NCBI GenBank assembly: GCA_001662655.1 | Contig: KV460213.1 | DNA: 64,000 bases | Source: Pseudogymnoascus verrucosus | Lineage: Eukaryota | Strand: one strand, 5' to 3' | Part shown: positions 1-11,490 of the stretch, piece after piece | Position numbering within the stretch: the first letter of the stretch is position 1 | How the letters are laid out: the number at the start of each line of letters is the position of its first letter | The notes under the pieces: generated by a model | What the model was told of the DNA's origin: nothing | Databases searched by the model: none | The model's input: the letters and a program-made list of their open reading frames with translations, nothing else | Program-made: the position numbers and the translations under genes

Positions 1-698
1 CGATCGAGGCTCAATTCCGAGGTGCAGGAACTCCGCAACCAGAACGCGCAGTTGATTGAGGATCATACGAGGGATATGCTGAGTATAAAGGCGAAGGAGA
101 CGCAGCTTGTCCGCGCGAGGAGCGAGGCCGAGGCCGCGGATGCGATGTGTGCCCAGCTCCGCCGCGAGATGGAGAGGTTGAAGCGCGCGTTGACTGCTGC
201 TGAGCGCGCTGGGTCCGGGCCGGTGAGTCCTGGCGGCATGGGAGAGAGGAGCGTGAGCGGTGGGAGCGACGAGGCGGGTATCTATCGCGATACCGGTATG
301 TATGGCCAAGAAAGCCGCCGGACGCCTGGGTTTGGCGGCAGAGGCGGTTACGGCGAGGAGAAGGAGAATGGGAATGGATATGAGAGTCCGGGGGCGGGGA
401 TGAGGAAGCTGAGGAGTCCGGATTTGTTGAGCAGGGGGTTGTCGAGGACGGGGAGCACGAGTAGTGGGAGGAGTCCGGCGAGAGAGGCGTATAGGGGGGG
501 GAGGGAGGCGAGTAATCCCAGCCCGGCGCCGGGGGATGGACAGCCGGTGGAGAGTTGGAAGAGGGCGGCGGAGGTGACGAGTGCGTTGAAGGCGAAGATT
601 GAGCAGATGAAGGTTAGTCATGTTCGTGGGGGTGTAGTGATGAGTGATTGCTGACTGACTTTTGTGTTTAGGCGAGACAGGGGATTTCGAGGCCGTAG
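1..698 (+). CDS. 3' part of a conserved fungal coiled-coil protein (5'-truncated by window edge)
   Basis: Open frame encoding coiled-coil segments (DHTRDMLSIKAKETQLVRARS; ESWKRAAEVTSALKAKIEQMK). GT-AG intron 613-671 with CTGAC branch site; last exon ARQGISRP* ends at TAG 698. Confidence 0.75.
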
Positions 699-1063
699 GT
701 TTGACTGAGATACCACGAGGGGAAGGGGGGGGAACTATGTTGAAATAGGGGTTTGGGTTGGGTGTATGTACTGACAAGGGGGTCGACAACGGTTGACGCC
801 AGGGCTGTAATGAGATGAAATGTGATGGCAGGACGGGCATTGGAGGCGTTTTGGGATGAACCGTCGGTGTGCGTGGCATGACCTTGTTGAATGAGTACGA
901 GCACGAGACGAGATGAACCAAGAATAATTTTGGTGTGACTATGAATGGCATATATCATATATTTGAATGATTCCCCTACAGTACTCATATAGACAGGACG
1001 GTGTGGTCTAACATGGACCATTGTGGCATAGACGTCCCTAACAATGATATATCTAGCGACTAG

Positions 1064-1106
1064 CAAGTCACAGCACCGGCGGGCTGCTGACCGGTGCTGT
1101 GACTTG
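1064..1106. repeat. Perfect 16-bp inverted repeat (11-nt loop)
   Basis: CAAGTCACAGCACCGG at 1064-1079; its reverse complement CCGGTGCTGTGACTTG at 1091-1106. Confidence 0.95.
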
Positions 1107-1139
1107 GTGCCGGCTGCTGGCCGTTACATTTTCCGCTTT

Positions 1140-1815
1140 TGCGCATCGGTGAGTATATTTCACTGCTGTTGCGCATTTTCAGTTGAGATCGTGCGCAGCA
1201 GTATTGTGTGAATAGATTAAAGAGATGATTACATAACATGGCCCACCTATCCCATGTTCCTGTCTGTCGAGCTGTGTTGCCAGTTGTCGGCCCACGTGAT
1301 CTGTAGCAGCAAGTTGGTGCCTAGCCGGCTGGCGCTACACACCGGTTTCGCGGATTAGCAAACAGTTCTAGCCAATTCTGCGCACTTTCAATTATGGACC
1401 GTGTGCAGGGCTGTCACCTGTCTATAGCATTCTATGGAAGACGAATCCTTTGTATTACTAATAAAGAGATCACTCTATATCATCGCCATATGCAGCATGT
1501 TTGATTCTATAAGTCAGTGCACGTGATTCATAGGGGCAGGATTCCTGCCAGCTATCATTTCTCTGGCTTTGCGCACACTGAACTATAGTGCGCATATTCA
1601 AATTAAACATGCACTAGCTGGCATAACCTTCTGCCGATTTTGCCCACCACTAGACTTTTCTAGTGGTGTTTACGCGCTTCCCTGTCGAGGACCACAACGG
1701 GGTGGTCGCTCGGTGTGCAAGCGGCAGGAACGCGGCAGTCGGTAGCCAGCATCACGTTCCTCCACTCTTGCGCATTCACTACTAGATTTTAGTCACTGCT
1801 GCGCATTTTCAGATT
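1140..1815 (+). repeat. Degenerate ~210-bp-period array of motif TGCGCAYWTTCARWT
   Basis: Copies start at 1170, 1379, 1589 and 1800 (spacings 209, 210, 211). Extra TGCGCA at 1140, 1192, 1570 and 1769. Confidence 0.8.
1645..1668. repeat. Perfect 10-bp hairpin
   Basis: CACCACTAGA-CTTT-TCTAGTGGTG. Confidence 0.9.
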
Positions 1816-1999
1816 GCCGGCCGTACACCGGCCAGAAAATTACAGGGATATAGTTAGTAAGGGACTCTTAGGGTTGGAGCTGCTGGATTTAGCAGAGTGC
1901 AGTTGCTGCTTTACGCACCCTCCACGCTACACCCAAATGCACGTGATCACAGATTGCATCACAGACCTGTTGGGGATAAATGGAGATGGTGCCGCAGCC

Positions 2000-2041
2000 A
2001 GAAACCTACTGTGAGACTTGGCAGTCTCACAGTAGGTTTCT
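2000..2041. repeat. Perfect 19-bp inverted repeat (4-nt loop)
   Basis: AGAAACCTACTGTGAGACT-TGGC-AGTCTCACAGTAGGTTTCT. Confidence 0.95.
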
Positions 2042-2216
2042 TCTTCCCTATTACTCTTATTTTCCTCTATTACCCAACAAAACTGCCCATCCAAAGTCAT
2101 TATATCAACTCTGTTACCGAAAGAGCGGGGGGTCCACTATAGAACCTAAAGATGATCGTGCTCAGTAAAGTGATACATCAGACGGTGGGTATTGGCCCCA
2201 TTGGGCGGCCACCGAG

Positions 2217-2314
2217 GTACGCGGTTGAATAAAAAACGGCACAGTTCAGTTCACCACTAAAAATATACCAGAAATGCGCTAAGAACCGTGCCACTTATTG
2301 TTTCAACCGCGTAC
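2217..2314. repeat. Long imperfect inverted repeat (~31-bp arms, outer 13 bp perfect)
   Basis: GTACGCGGTTGAA (2217-2229) / TTCAACCGCGTAC (2302-2314); inner GGCACAGTTC / GAACCGTGCC. Confidence 0.85.
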
Positions 2315-3097
2315 GAGGCACGTTTTCGACAAGGAACTTCGCCGACTTGTTTGCTGCCAAGTGATGCGCTTGGCCAATGAATACAGCTAGGATGCTAAGC
2401 GCTAGGGTTCCCCTGCCGCCGAAACTCTCCTGTAACACGGAGAGATGCGGCCAGATGTGATCCTTGACGAAACAAAACAAACATCGAACGTTTCCGAATT
2501 CCGTCTTGTGAATCCGAGAGGCTGGGAATGGTGTCGTCCTAATTACTGTAAGCTCTAGACTCAACAGCTCTAATGAAGCTTGAGCTATCAGCTTGCGCTT
2601 GCTAGTCGTTCCGCGTCGTTGAGAGCGTTCAATGCGCCGCCGTCGCTAATTCTTGGCAGATACCCACCAAACCTCGACAGCTGCCATAACAACTCGAAAT
2701 ATGAAGACGAGAGAGCCGCAAATACCGGAGCCTCAAGAGCTGAAGTGTAAACCATGCCGTAGCTCACCATCTTTAGTGATGGGAACACGATTGGTAGGAT
2801 AAAATCGAGAGGCCAGCAGTGTTGTTTTATGTGTGTCAAGGCTCCAGAATGTGGCGTTTATTCCATGCATCTCACGAGTTCTCACATCTAAAGCTGAATA
2901 TCATCCTTGAATGTGCATCAACGACACAGCCTTCTAACATGTTGGACTCTAAGATGTTTCGAAGCGAGAGCTTTGCCATGAAGTAAAAGTACAAATAGTG
3001 TAGAATGACCTTTCATTGTGTCCTAAATATTCTTCCTGGAGATATTCTTTGTGGAGCAGCCAGAACCAATATTAAATTTCACATCTTACATCTCACA

Positions 3098-4198
3098 ATG
3101 TCGGACACTACCAACAGTTCGCCTAGCTTTCCTACGCTATCTGATATTGGCGATGCCCTTTCTGATATCACCACTGCTGATTGGGAGTCAGCCATCCATC
3201 CTCCAACGCTATCTGGTATTGCAAAGGAGCTCTTGCTGGTTGAGGCTCACTACGCAACAGAAGAAGCTGGCCTTCGGAAACAAATCGAAGAATTGGAATC
3301 AACAGTCCGGCGCCAGGCTAAATCGATGGCCCGTCAAGATGTGATAATAAAGATTCAAGAAGAAGAAATGGAGTTACTAGATGGATTAATAAAGTCGCGA
3401 AACAAATCAATCGACGAAAAAAACGAAACAATAAAGAGGCAAGGCGAATGTATGAAAGTTTCTGATTCTCGAATTGCTACACTTCTCGGTCAATGGGACA
3501 CTCTTCAATCCAAGGGAGAACATCAATCGCCCTATCGGAACAAAATCATTTGTGTACCGATCCCTCCAAATTCGCTATCACATGAAGACTCTCCACTCTC
3601 TCACACACCTGGAACTGATTCCCTTTCAACTCCAAAGGCGGCTGTTGCAAGCTTTTTAGCTAGCCCTGCTTCAACTCTAATGCAGGTTAATCCATTTGCA
3701 ACCCCTTCAGTTAGCCCTGCATCAACTCCAGTGCAGATTGATGTATTCTCCGACAAAAGAGCAAACTCCCCAGCGAAGTCTATGTCAACTCTAGAGGCGG
3801 CCTTACACCCCTCCGTCAAACCTGTTGTGTCAACTCCAACAACAACTGCTAACACCCCCGCCATACTTTTACCAACTCCAAAGACTACTTTACCTACGCC
3901 AGACAAACTCGTTCCACCTCCAACGCCAAAGCAAAACGGCGAATCCAAGTTCTCATTTGGCAAGCCAGCCCCATTTTTCACATTCGGCGACCCAATTCCA
4001 GTTTCTCCATCTAAATTTGCTCGAGGTCTAAAGCCGCATCACACTCATACCCGCTCAAAATCAGCAGAGCTACGGGCCTCTCCAGCCATGTCCCCTTTCT
4101 CCTCTCGGAAACCCTTTGAGGAGTCTGAAGGCTGGAAGCCTGAGGATTGGAATAAATACTTGCGCTTTGGGCCACCTACCGCAGAGAACGTCTTCTGA
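3098..4198 (+). CDS. Hypothetical protein: N-terminal coiled coil, Pro/Ser/Thr-rich C-terminus
   Basis: Long intronless ORF. ATG at 3098 in CACAATG context is the likely start; alternative ATG at 3005. Confidence 0.65.
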   Translation: MSDTTNSSPSFPTLSDIGDALSDITTADWESAIHPPTLSGIAKELLLVEAHYATEEAGLRKQIEELESTVRRQAKSMARQDVIIKIQEEEMELLDGLIKSRNKSIDEKNETIKRQGECMKVSDSRIATLLGQWDTLQSKGEHQSPYRNKIICVPIPPNSLSHEDSPLSHTPGTDSLSTPKAAVASFLASPASTLMQVNPFATPSVSPASTPVQIDVFSDKRANSPAKSMSTLEAALHPSVKPVVSTPTTTANTPAILLPTPKTTLPTPDKLVPPPTPKQNGESKFSFGKPAPFFTFGDPIPVSPSKFARGLKPHHTHTRSKSAELRASPAMSPFSSRKPFEESEGWKPEDWNKYLRFGPPTAENVF

Positions 4199-6316
4199 AC
4201 TTGGTCTGGGTGGGCGCATAGCTTTTGCCTGGTTCAATGCTGGCAGGTCCATTCGCTGGCGCTATCTGCTAGCGTTGCTATAGGCTATAATGTTTTTTTG
4301 CGTGTTGACGTCCGCGGTCGACTTGGCTGGCATAAGCTCGATCTCGGACTCAGTTTTGTCGTTCAAAAAGGGGGATAATAGGATGGGGATAATCGGTTCA
4401 TCCAGAAGACTACTGACAAGGATGTCAGACATGGCGTATATGGGGCGGTGGGACGGTGGGGCAGCCAGACATGGGGCCCGATTCGATCATTTGATCAAGG
4501 CTGCTGAAAGCGAAACGAAAAGCCCAGTGGCGTGAAAGCATGCTCAAATTTAAAGTGATGTTAATTGGCAGGAACAGCATACAGATATAAAAAGTCCCCC
4601 AAAACAGAATGTCCAAACCACGACGGAGCTAGAACCGAATATAACAGTATCTAGAACTTCAACTGCTTCATTTTCCTTCAGTCTCACGTCGCAAATTGTT
4701 GGAACATGATATTTCACGTGATACATAACCTTCAAACCGATGAGGAAGCCATGAACCTGCTTGCGAAACAAGGTGTGGACACGGCAAATCTTTCACACCA
4801 TTCTCCATGCCGCCCACTTCACACAGAGCTATAGTTCAGTGCTTGTTACGCATACTTGAGACCACAGTGAATAGCTTTTCGACGGCAACTGGACTTGGTG
4901 TGCGCTGTGGTCTTTAAAAACGAAGATGGTGTGAGGGCTGCTGTTCTTTCTCTGTGGGTAGCCTTGAATCTTCCCTGTGAAGTGCATGCGACCTTGGTCC
5001 TCATTAGGATATCACTGCATGTGATACAGCTGCGGACGACTCACTGTAGAAATTGTGGCATTAATGTGCGAAGGTAGGCAATGAGGTACAAGGAACGAAG
5101 GGCGGTTCTATGCGCCTCGGCTTCTGTATTCCAGTGGCCAATGCATACAAATACGAACCAACATCGCCTTTTTTATGAAACTATACTACTATACTCCGCA
5201 TGATACCATGCCATCAAGGTTCGCCTCGCTCCGTCTTCACAAACGATAGACGCCCGTCTATTGGTAGCACCACGCGGGCTGCCCGGCTACCTGCATGCAT
5301 TAGAGCCCCGAATCTGGACATCCGAATGCACATGGCTTCACTATGAAGCCCCTGCTGCGCCGATCCACCGAGCCTTGCCATTCACACCAAGACACGTAGG
5401 ACAGAATTCCGACTGCTTGGCCCGCAACCTGATAGGATCGCAATAGCGTCTAGGCAGCCACTCCATTCATTGAATATCTCGGTGAAGGCGCGACGACAGA
5501 CCAATAGATGTTCTCGAAGATACACCCTCGGCTTTCTCTCTGGACCAATATCTTAGATATCCCAAATGGTTTTCACCGGCCAAAAGGGCAAGATCTTACG
5601 ACTTGGTTGCCGCATACCATCGATGCAATGCAATACGACACCGAATTAGTCGAGGATTATAACCTAGCCAGTAAAATACAGGCACGTACTGAGACCTTCA
5701 AGCCCGATTAATTCTGAAAGGTAATTGAATCGACGTAAACGAGGCTGCCACGAGAGCACATTCTAGTGTTACCCTGTTCAATTGTTGAAAGAGGGCAGGC
5801 GCCGCAGCCTCGTTCCATATCAGACGGTGTTCTTTTTGTTATCAAAAGACCATCGAGGGGGCCTTTCAAAGTGCAATATTATATTCCCTAAATCAGTTCT
5901 TGACGCGAAATTCTGGATTGTAATCCCTAAATAATCTTGTAATTAGCTTTACCTATCACCCCATGTTACAGAATCACCATTCGGTCAGGGCGCTTATAAC
6001 AAGGCACGATCAGGAACGAACCTCATTTCAATCTGGTGTCAACAACTTGGCACGGAGCTTCTCAAAATCTATTAGACTTGGTCGAACCTCTAGTCAACAG
6101 GATAGCACAACGACGAATACAAGAATGGTATGAGATATATCGTGATAAAGCGAAATTAAAATACCACTTAATTAACTTTGAGGACAGTCTCCTCTGCGAG
6201 ATTCGCGGCGAGCGGCTCGACGCTCTTCTTTAGCTCCAGATGGTGGGGAACAACATGATACCAACGGGCATACCAGTACTCAACCTAGCAATACCACCAG
6301 TCGTCAACGAGACGAT

Positions 6317-8224
6317 ATGTCTTCCGCTGCCGAAATTGAAACATACATAGGCCCTTTAACTAAGGAACTTCGCGCGGCGTCTCAGCAGCTGTTAAATGCT
6401 GAAAAGGCGGTTAAAGCCGTCAGTGATTCATGTATTCAATATGCAGACGAGATCACTCAAATACCACTGGTACAAAAGAGATTTGAAGAGCTAAGGGGAC
6501 AGATTGTAGACAAAGACGCAACGATATCAAATCAAAAGATTGCATTGGACGTTTTAGAGCAGAGGGCTTCTGATAAAGAACAAGCCGCTAAGAGCGAAGT
6601 TGCAGCCAATCGAGCCGAGAAGGAGAGACTACAGAGCGAAAAGGAAGATATTTTGCGTCAAAGGGAAGCTGATGATGAGAAGTTGAGGGCTAGAGAGGAA
6701 AAACTAAGGGTCGAAGCAGTCAACGAGCTCTCGCGATTGAAGGGTGTACAGGACAGAGAATTCATCGCTCAAAGGAAGATTCTAGAGAGAGACTTAGAGA
6801 AGAAAGAGAAGGAGCAAGCGGGAAAAGTTCGAAAGCTGGAAGCCACCAGCAAAAAGGCTCTTGATACAATCAATGAGCTAAAATTGCAGGTTGAGACGCA
6901 ACGTAATGAGTTGATAGTCATGGCTGGAAAATTTGAGGATCTGGACAAAGCCAAAGACATGTATAAAATGGAAAAGGAACAACTTGCTATGAAGTTGGAA
7001 GATCTCCAGAAAGAATTTTCACTGAGCAGCAAGCCTCTCGAATATTAGTAAGTTAACCCACGCTAGCACTTTGAGAGTCAAATTCAACTCACAACGAATA
7101 CAGCAACGGCGAATTTCTCAAGATTTCGACCAAAATCCAGGCCATTTCTTCTCAATACCTAGCTAGAAAGTTAAGTAATGAGGTTTATACCCCTACTCAC
7201 CGTACCCTAATCTCAGCTGATCAATGCGTAGGAAATGAGAAATCTACCAGCGAAAATTTCTGCTTCCGACTCAGCTTTTACTTCTGTTCCTTTGTCCAAT
7301 AGTGAAACGTCGTTGCAACTTAGAACTGCCCATGCCCAGCGAGTGATCTCAGACGCCGTATACAATACAGTCTGGCGTCATTTCTCTTCCGATATAACGT
7401 CGGATGACTTGAGATTATCTACATTTATTGAAAAAATGGGATCCGCAGTGGCCAAATCTGATGGTAGCGGTCGTTCTGCAGACGTCTGGAGAGCGGTCAC
7501 AGTACGAACACTTGAATCCTTGTCCACAACTGAAACACGACGTCAGGAGGGTATCCTACAGGAGGCGGGTACAGCAAAGTCTTTCAAGTGCAGGGAAGAC
7601 AAGCTTGTCAACCTTGTTCTCTCGATTCTCGGTTCGCTGGTTGATCCACCGAGTTTACCTCAGTTCAAAGCCGACCTTTTGGATATTGCAAGAGATGCAA
7701 TATCAGTCTGGACGTCTGCTCAATCCGATGAACGAACGTTCACCATCAATTCTACACTCAATCAAGAAAACAAACGCGACTGGAATGTCGCAGCGCTTGA
7801 CTATGACTCCTTGTATGCTGATGGTGGCCCTCAACAAGTAGTTGAATCGAAACCATTCACAGAAGTTTTTACGTTGTTTCCAATAATTATTGCCACGAAG
7901 CGGGTTCAGGCCCCAAAAGCAGCAACTGGTCCCCCTGGCAGCTGGCCTGAACAAGACCAGCAGGCTTTGGGTAAAGAAGTTACACTTATCCATAATGGAC
8001 TCGGGCTTCCGCAGGAGTCGGAGATGGTCCAGAGGGGAATCGAGGAAGTGGAGGACAAGAAGAGGCTGAGGCTAGAACTTGACGAATTGTTGGTGCAGGA
8101 AATGGCCGAGAAGGGTAGAGGGCATAGTAGGAACAACTCTACAGTTGTGACCGCATCTGGGCCGTCAAGCCCAATCCAAAGATGGTCAGAGAATAGGCGT
8201 AATGGACACCCGACTGAGATTTGA
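6317..8224 (+). CDS. Hypothetical long coiled-coil protein (3+ exons)
   Basis: ORFs 6317-7047 and 7232-8224 are joined in frame by exon 7104-~7182 through GT-AG introns (7048-7103; ~7183-7231). The frame stays open upstream to an AG at 6233, so an earlier exon is possible. Confidence 0.7.
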
Positions 8225-9822
8225 ACGAGTAGAGATCAGCAAACTCGTGGAGCTCGCCATACGTTATATTGTAATAGATACTATGGCAATATTTCTCGTT
8301 TCTTTCATTGGTTTTTCATAGTCTGGCCAAGCAACGGGATATATTCATAATCTACTTTTCCATATTAAATTGATACCTATACTCTGCCTTATATTCCTCT
8401 ACGTTGCAAACTATAAGTTCCAGTATCTCGGGTATTCTCTGCTATGAGCATAAATAGTTTGTGCTGAGGGGCTAACTCGCTTTGCTCTGGTTGAGGTCGT
8501 TGCGCCAAAATTGCTGGTCGTGTCGCACTGAGCCTATCTCAGAGAAGGAGTGTGACTTGTGGAGAGATCCTCAGCACACGAGTGTGCCCCGAGAATGATT
8601 CCTCAATTAGCGGATCACAATAGTGGAATGCAGTATGAGAACCACCAGTTTCTTCAAATCTCCCGCGCGAGGTGTCTCTTCTGGAAGTAGCACCACCGTG
8701 TGAAAACCCCCAGTCCAACAACTTCCGATAGAAGCTAAGAACCCTAGATAAAGATCAACCACCTCTCGATATAGTGACTACCTATTTCAAAGGCGTCAGC
8801 CACACACAGCACCCATTGCCCCACTCTTGTAATCGCGTCGCCGGCAAACTAAATCTCCCTCCCAAGCACGGTACTCCTCCCACTCGACGGCGCGATCCCT
8901 CTCCGATAGCAGGAATCACAGTCCTGCGATTCGGCACGATCCCCTATAACCTTTGCCTTCTGTCTTCATTCTGCAAGTAATCGTCGGATCTGACTGCTCA
9001 CTTCCCTCACATGTTGTAGGTGTAAATACTAGGATATCCTTCTATGGCGCCACTACAAGCTTCCGTGGACGTCGACTTGTGATTCGTCAAATCTCCTCGG
9101 TGTACGGTTCCTCCTCTCTTCATCTGGACTCCATTCTTCAGGCCGAAAATTAGGGTTGCTGTAATGTGCAGTATTATAGTGACTATTTTTAAACATGCTT
9201 GTCTGGAAGATCTGTGACGATGGATCGTTCTAATCACTGTCGTACTCGTACTTTGAGTGCCGAAACTGGCTGCCCAAACTAGACAGAGGAACTTCAATGG
9301 GCTTCACCTGAAGATTGCGAGTGCGCTGTGGTCGTGATGGTGCGCTATGGATTGATAGCGCAGCAGCCGGGACGATTGGCGTGCTAGAGTTGTGAGGAGA
9401 TACCGCTAATATAGGTGGGACATACTGCATGTTTGGTGTCGACACTAATGTATCGAATGGATAGGTGGGTGTCACGATAGGCTCGTAGTCGCTGAGGGGG
9501 GTGTATGTCGAGGGAAAGCCATGATTACTCAGGGCTGCCATAGACAGGCCAGGTATGTCCACTGTACCGGGCAGGTTAGCCGGGTTAAAGTTGGTCATCG
9601 GCGATGAGTCCAGAGCACGATCGAAGACGCCAGCGCGGTTAACCTGGATATTACTAGCAGCGGACGCGCTATCGATAATCTTTTGCTGTCGTAGAGATCA
9701 GGAACCGTTGGTATACTTGTATAAGATATCATGCTGGCCCGGTAAAGCAGGCGAACGATGGGTCCAGTAGGGTTGATTGGGATGTCATTATCATCCTCGG
9801 CCCGGACAAGATGACTATTAAC

Positions 9823-9906
9823 GTACTTTCCTTGCAGGCGAAGCGCTACTGCGAGGTTGTTTATGCTGGCGAGCGTGCCTGGGTGATCCTTCCCGAGCAC
9901 CGTCTC
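9823..9906 (-). pseudogene. Single kinesin-light-chain-type TPR repeat, probable relic of a fungal NLR (NB-ARC/NACHT-TPR)
   Basis: ETVLGKDHPGTLASINNLAVALRLQGKY matches the LG.DHP.TL.S.NNLA..L..QG.Y TPR consensus of fungal NLRs. No NOD domain or further repeats nearby. Confidence 0.7.
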
Positions 9907-10167
9907 CGTGAGCAGCAGCACAGAAGGGTGCAATATTCTTAGCGGTCACCCTTCTTTCGTCTTTCTCCCCTTTAACCACAGTATTGAGTGCCATTTAACA
10001 TTCTAACAATACGATAGCTAATGTCACCACATAATGCAACTATCCTGACCAATTGTAGACTGTAGCTGAAGAAGCGCTGCGCATATCTAGCTCCGCAGCT
10101 GGTCATATTCGTGCAAAAGCAACGTCTGCTTTACTTCCACAAGCATAACAAAGATCTGTGAATGTTT

Positions 10168-11490
10168 TCACTCATGCGAACCTAGCTTTTCTGAAGCCAA
10201 TCTTCCTGGATTAAGCGGGCGTCCAGTTCCATAACGTCCTTCAAATGGGGAGTTACTCCCTGTAGACCTATCAACATCCACCTCTAATGGGCCGCGACTG
10301 ATCTTCTGTGAAAGCAGCTGAAGAGAAGTATCTGACATCTGTCCAAGGAATTGTCTCGATCTAGACCCAGTCGTCACGCGCTTCGCGGAGATCAGATCTC
10401 CAAAAGTTGCAACAATGATTTGATCACCATCGTCACCCATCAAGACATCTTCGAAGACATGTATTCGATCTGGAACTGCTTTCTCAGCTGCTTCTGAGCA
10501 GATTTTCAAACTTTGTTCAACGCTCCTTAATTCTTCTCTTATTCTTTCTTGCTCTATTGCCTGTTCGCCGGATGGAGTAAGAAGTTGCGAAGAGCTGCGC
10601 ATCTGCTCATTAATCCTGTGGAGCTGTTCTCTAAGCTGAGATGTGGTTTGGGCTAGGCCCAACTTGCAGTCAGTGAGAGTATTGTTCGTGACTGCTTCTG
10701 CTAGTGTAAATTTCTTGGACTCGGCCGCAGAGTCTTGATTGTTTGCTGATGTCCCAGCAGTGTTCACAAAAGCATTCTGTTGTACATCATCGATGTGTGC
10801 AGAAACTTGAATGCAGATATCTAAACAGCTCTGTGCACTTTCTCGCTCTTCTTTGATTCGTTGTTGCTCTAAATTATCCACATTGAATGCCTGAGCGCCT
10901 TGTGAAATAGCCTGTAGCTTCTCATCTAACTCTTGCAAGTGCTCTTTGAGATCAGAGGTGGTGTTTGCGATCATCGTATTATATTCATTTAGGAGAGAAA
11001 TCGTGACATTAGTCGTTCTTCTACAAAAATGTGTCAGCTATAGCTGATATCAGGAACCAAGACTGGACCAAACTAACATGTTGGCGTCACCAAGAGCAAT
11101 AGCAATTGTGGATTTATAGCCTCCTAGCATATTCTTAAATGCGTTAATATCACCGCCCATATAAGTTAGAGTAGTCCAGTCGCGAAGGCTCCTCCTTGTT
11201 CCACTGGAATGCTTCGTGCATTTTAGCACTATCGCTTCGAATTCTTGACAAGCCTGGTTACATCGAGTAAGAGGAAGTGTTAGCGATGTTAGGTCGACCT
11301 TTCCATTGCTGATAGTAGCATGGAGAGACTGCAGGACCTCATTTAAGGCTTCGAGTTCTTCTTTCAAGCCTCGTATAGTTCTTTGACTGCTTTTAAAGCT
11401 CGAGATTAACTGATGCAACGACTGTGTTGATTTAGCTGCAAACGTCACTAGCGCTAAAAGGCTAGCGGTAACGCTCAGTGGATCTGCCAT
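10168..11490 (-). CDS. HeLo-like / fungal N-terminal STAND-associated domain protein (PF17111, azaphilone cluster protein L-like)
   Basis: Starts MADPLSVTASLLALVTFA...RTIRGLKEELEAL. Intron 11077-11021 joins ...ALGDANI-RTTNVT... to the 268-aa ORF. Internal duplication QQRIKEERESAQSCLDIC / QERIREELRSVEQSLKIC. Confidence 0.85.

Noticed and set aside
1170..1815. CRISPR array interpretation of the periodic motif
   Set aside because: Eukaryotic context, short degenerate repeats, ~195-bp spacers and no cas genes.
1868..1875. AACCCUAA on the minus strand as a telomerase RNA template
   Set aside because: An 8-nt match is expected several times by chance in 64 kb, and I recognised no pseudoknot or CR4/5 domain.
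5240..6233. Short ORFs that look like gene fragments
   Set aside because: No recognisable family or coherent splice model; would need BLASTX.
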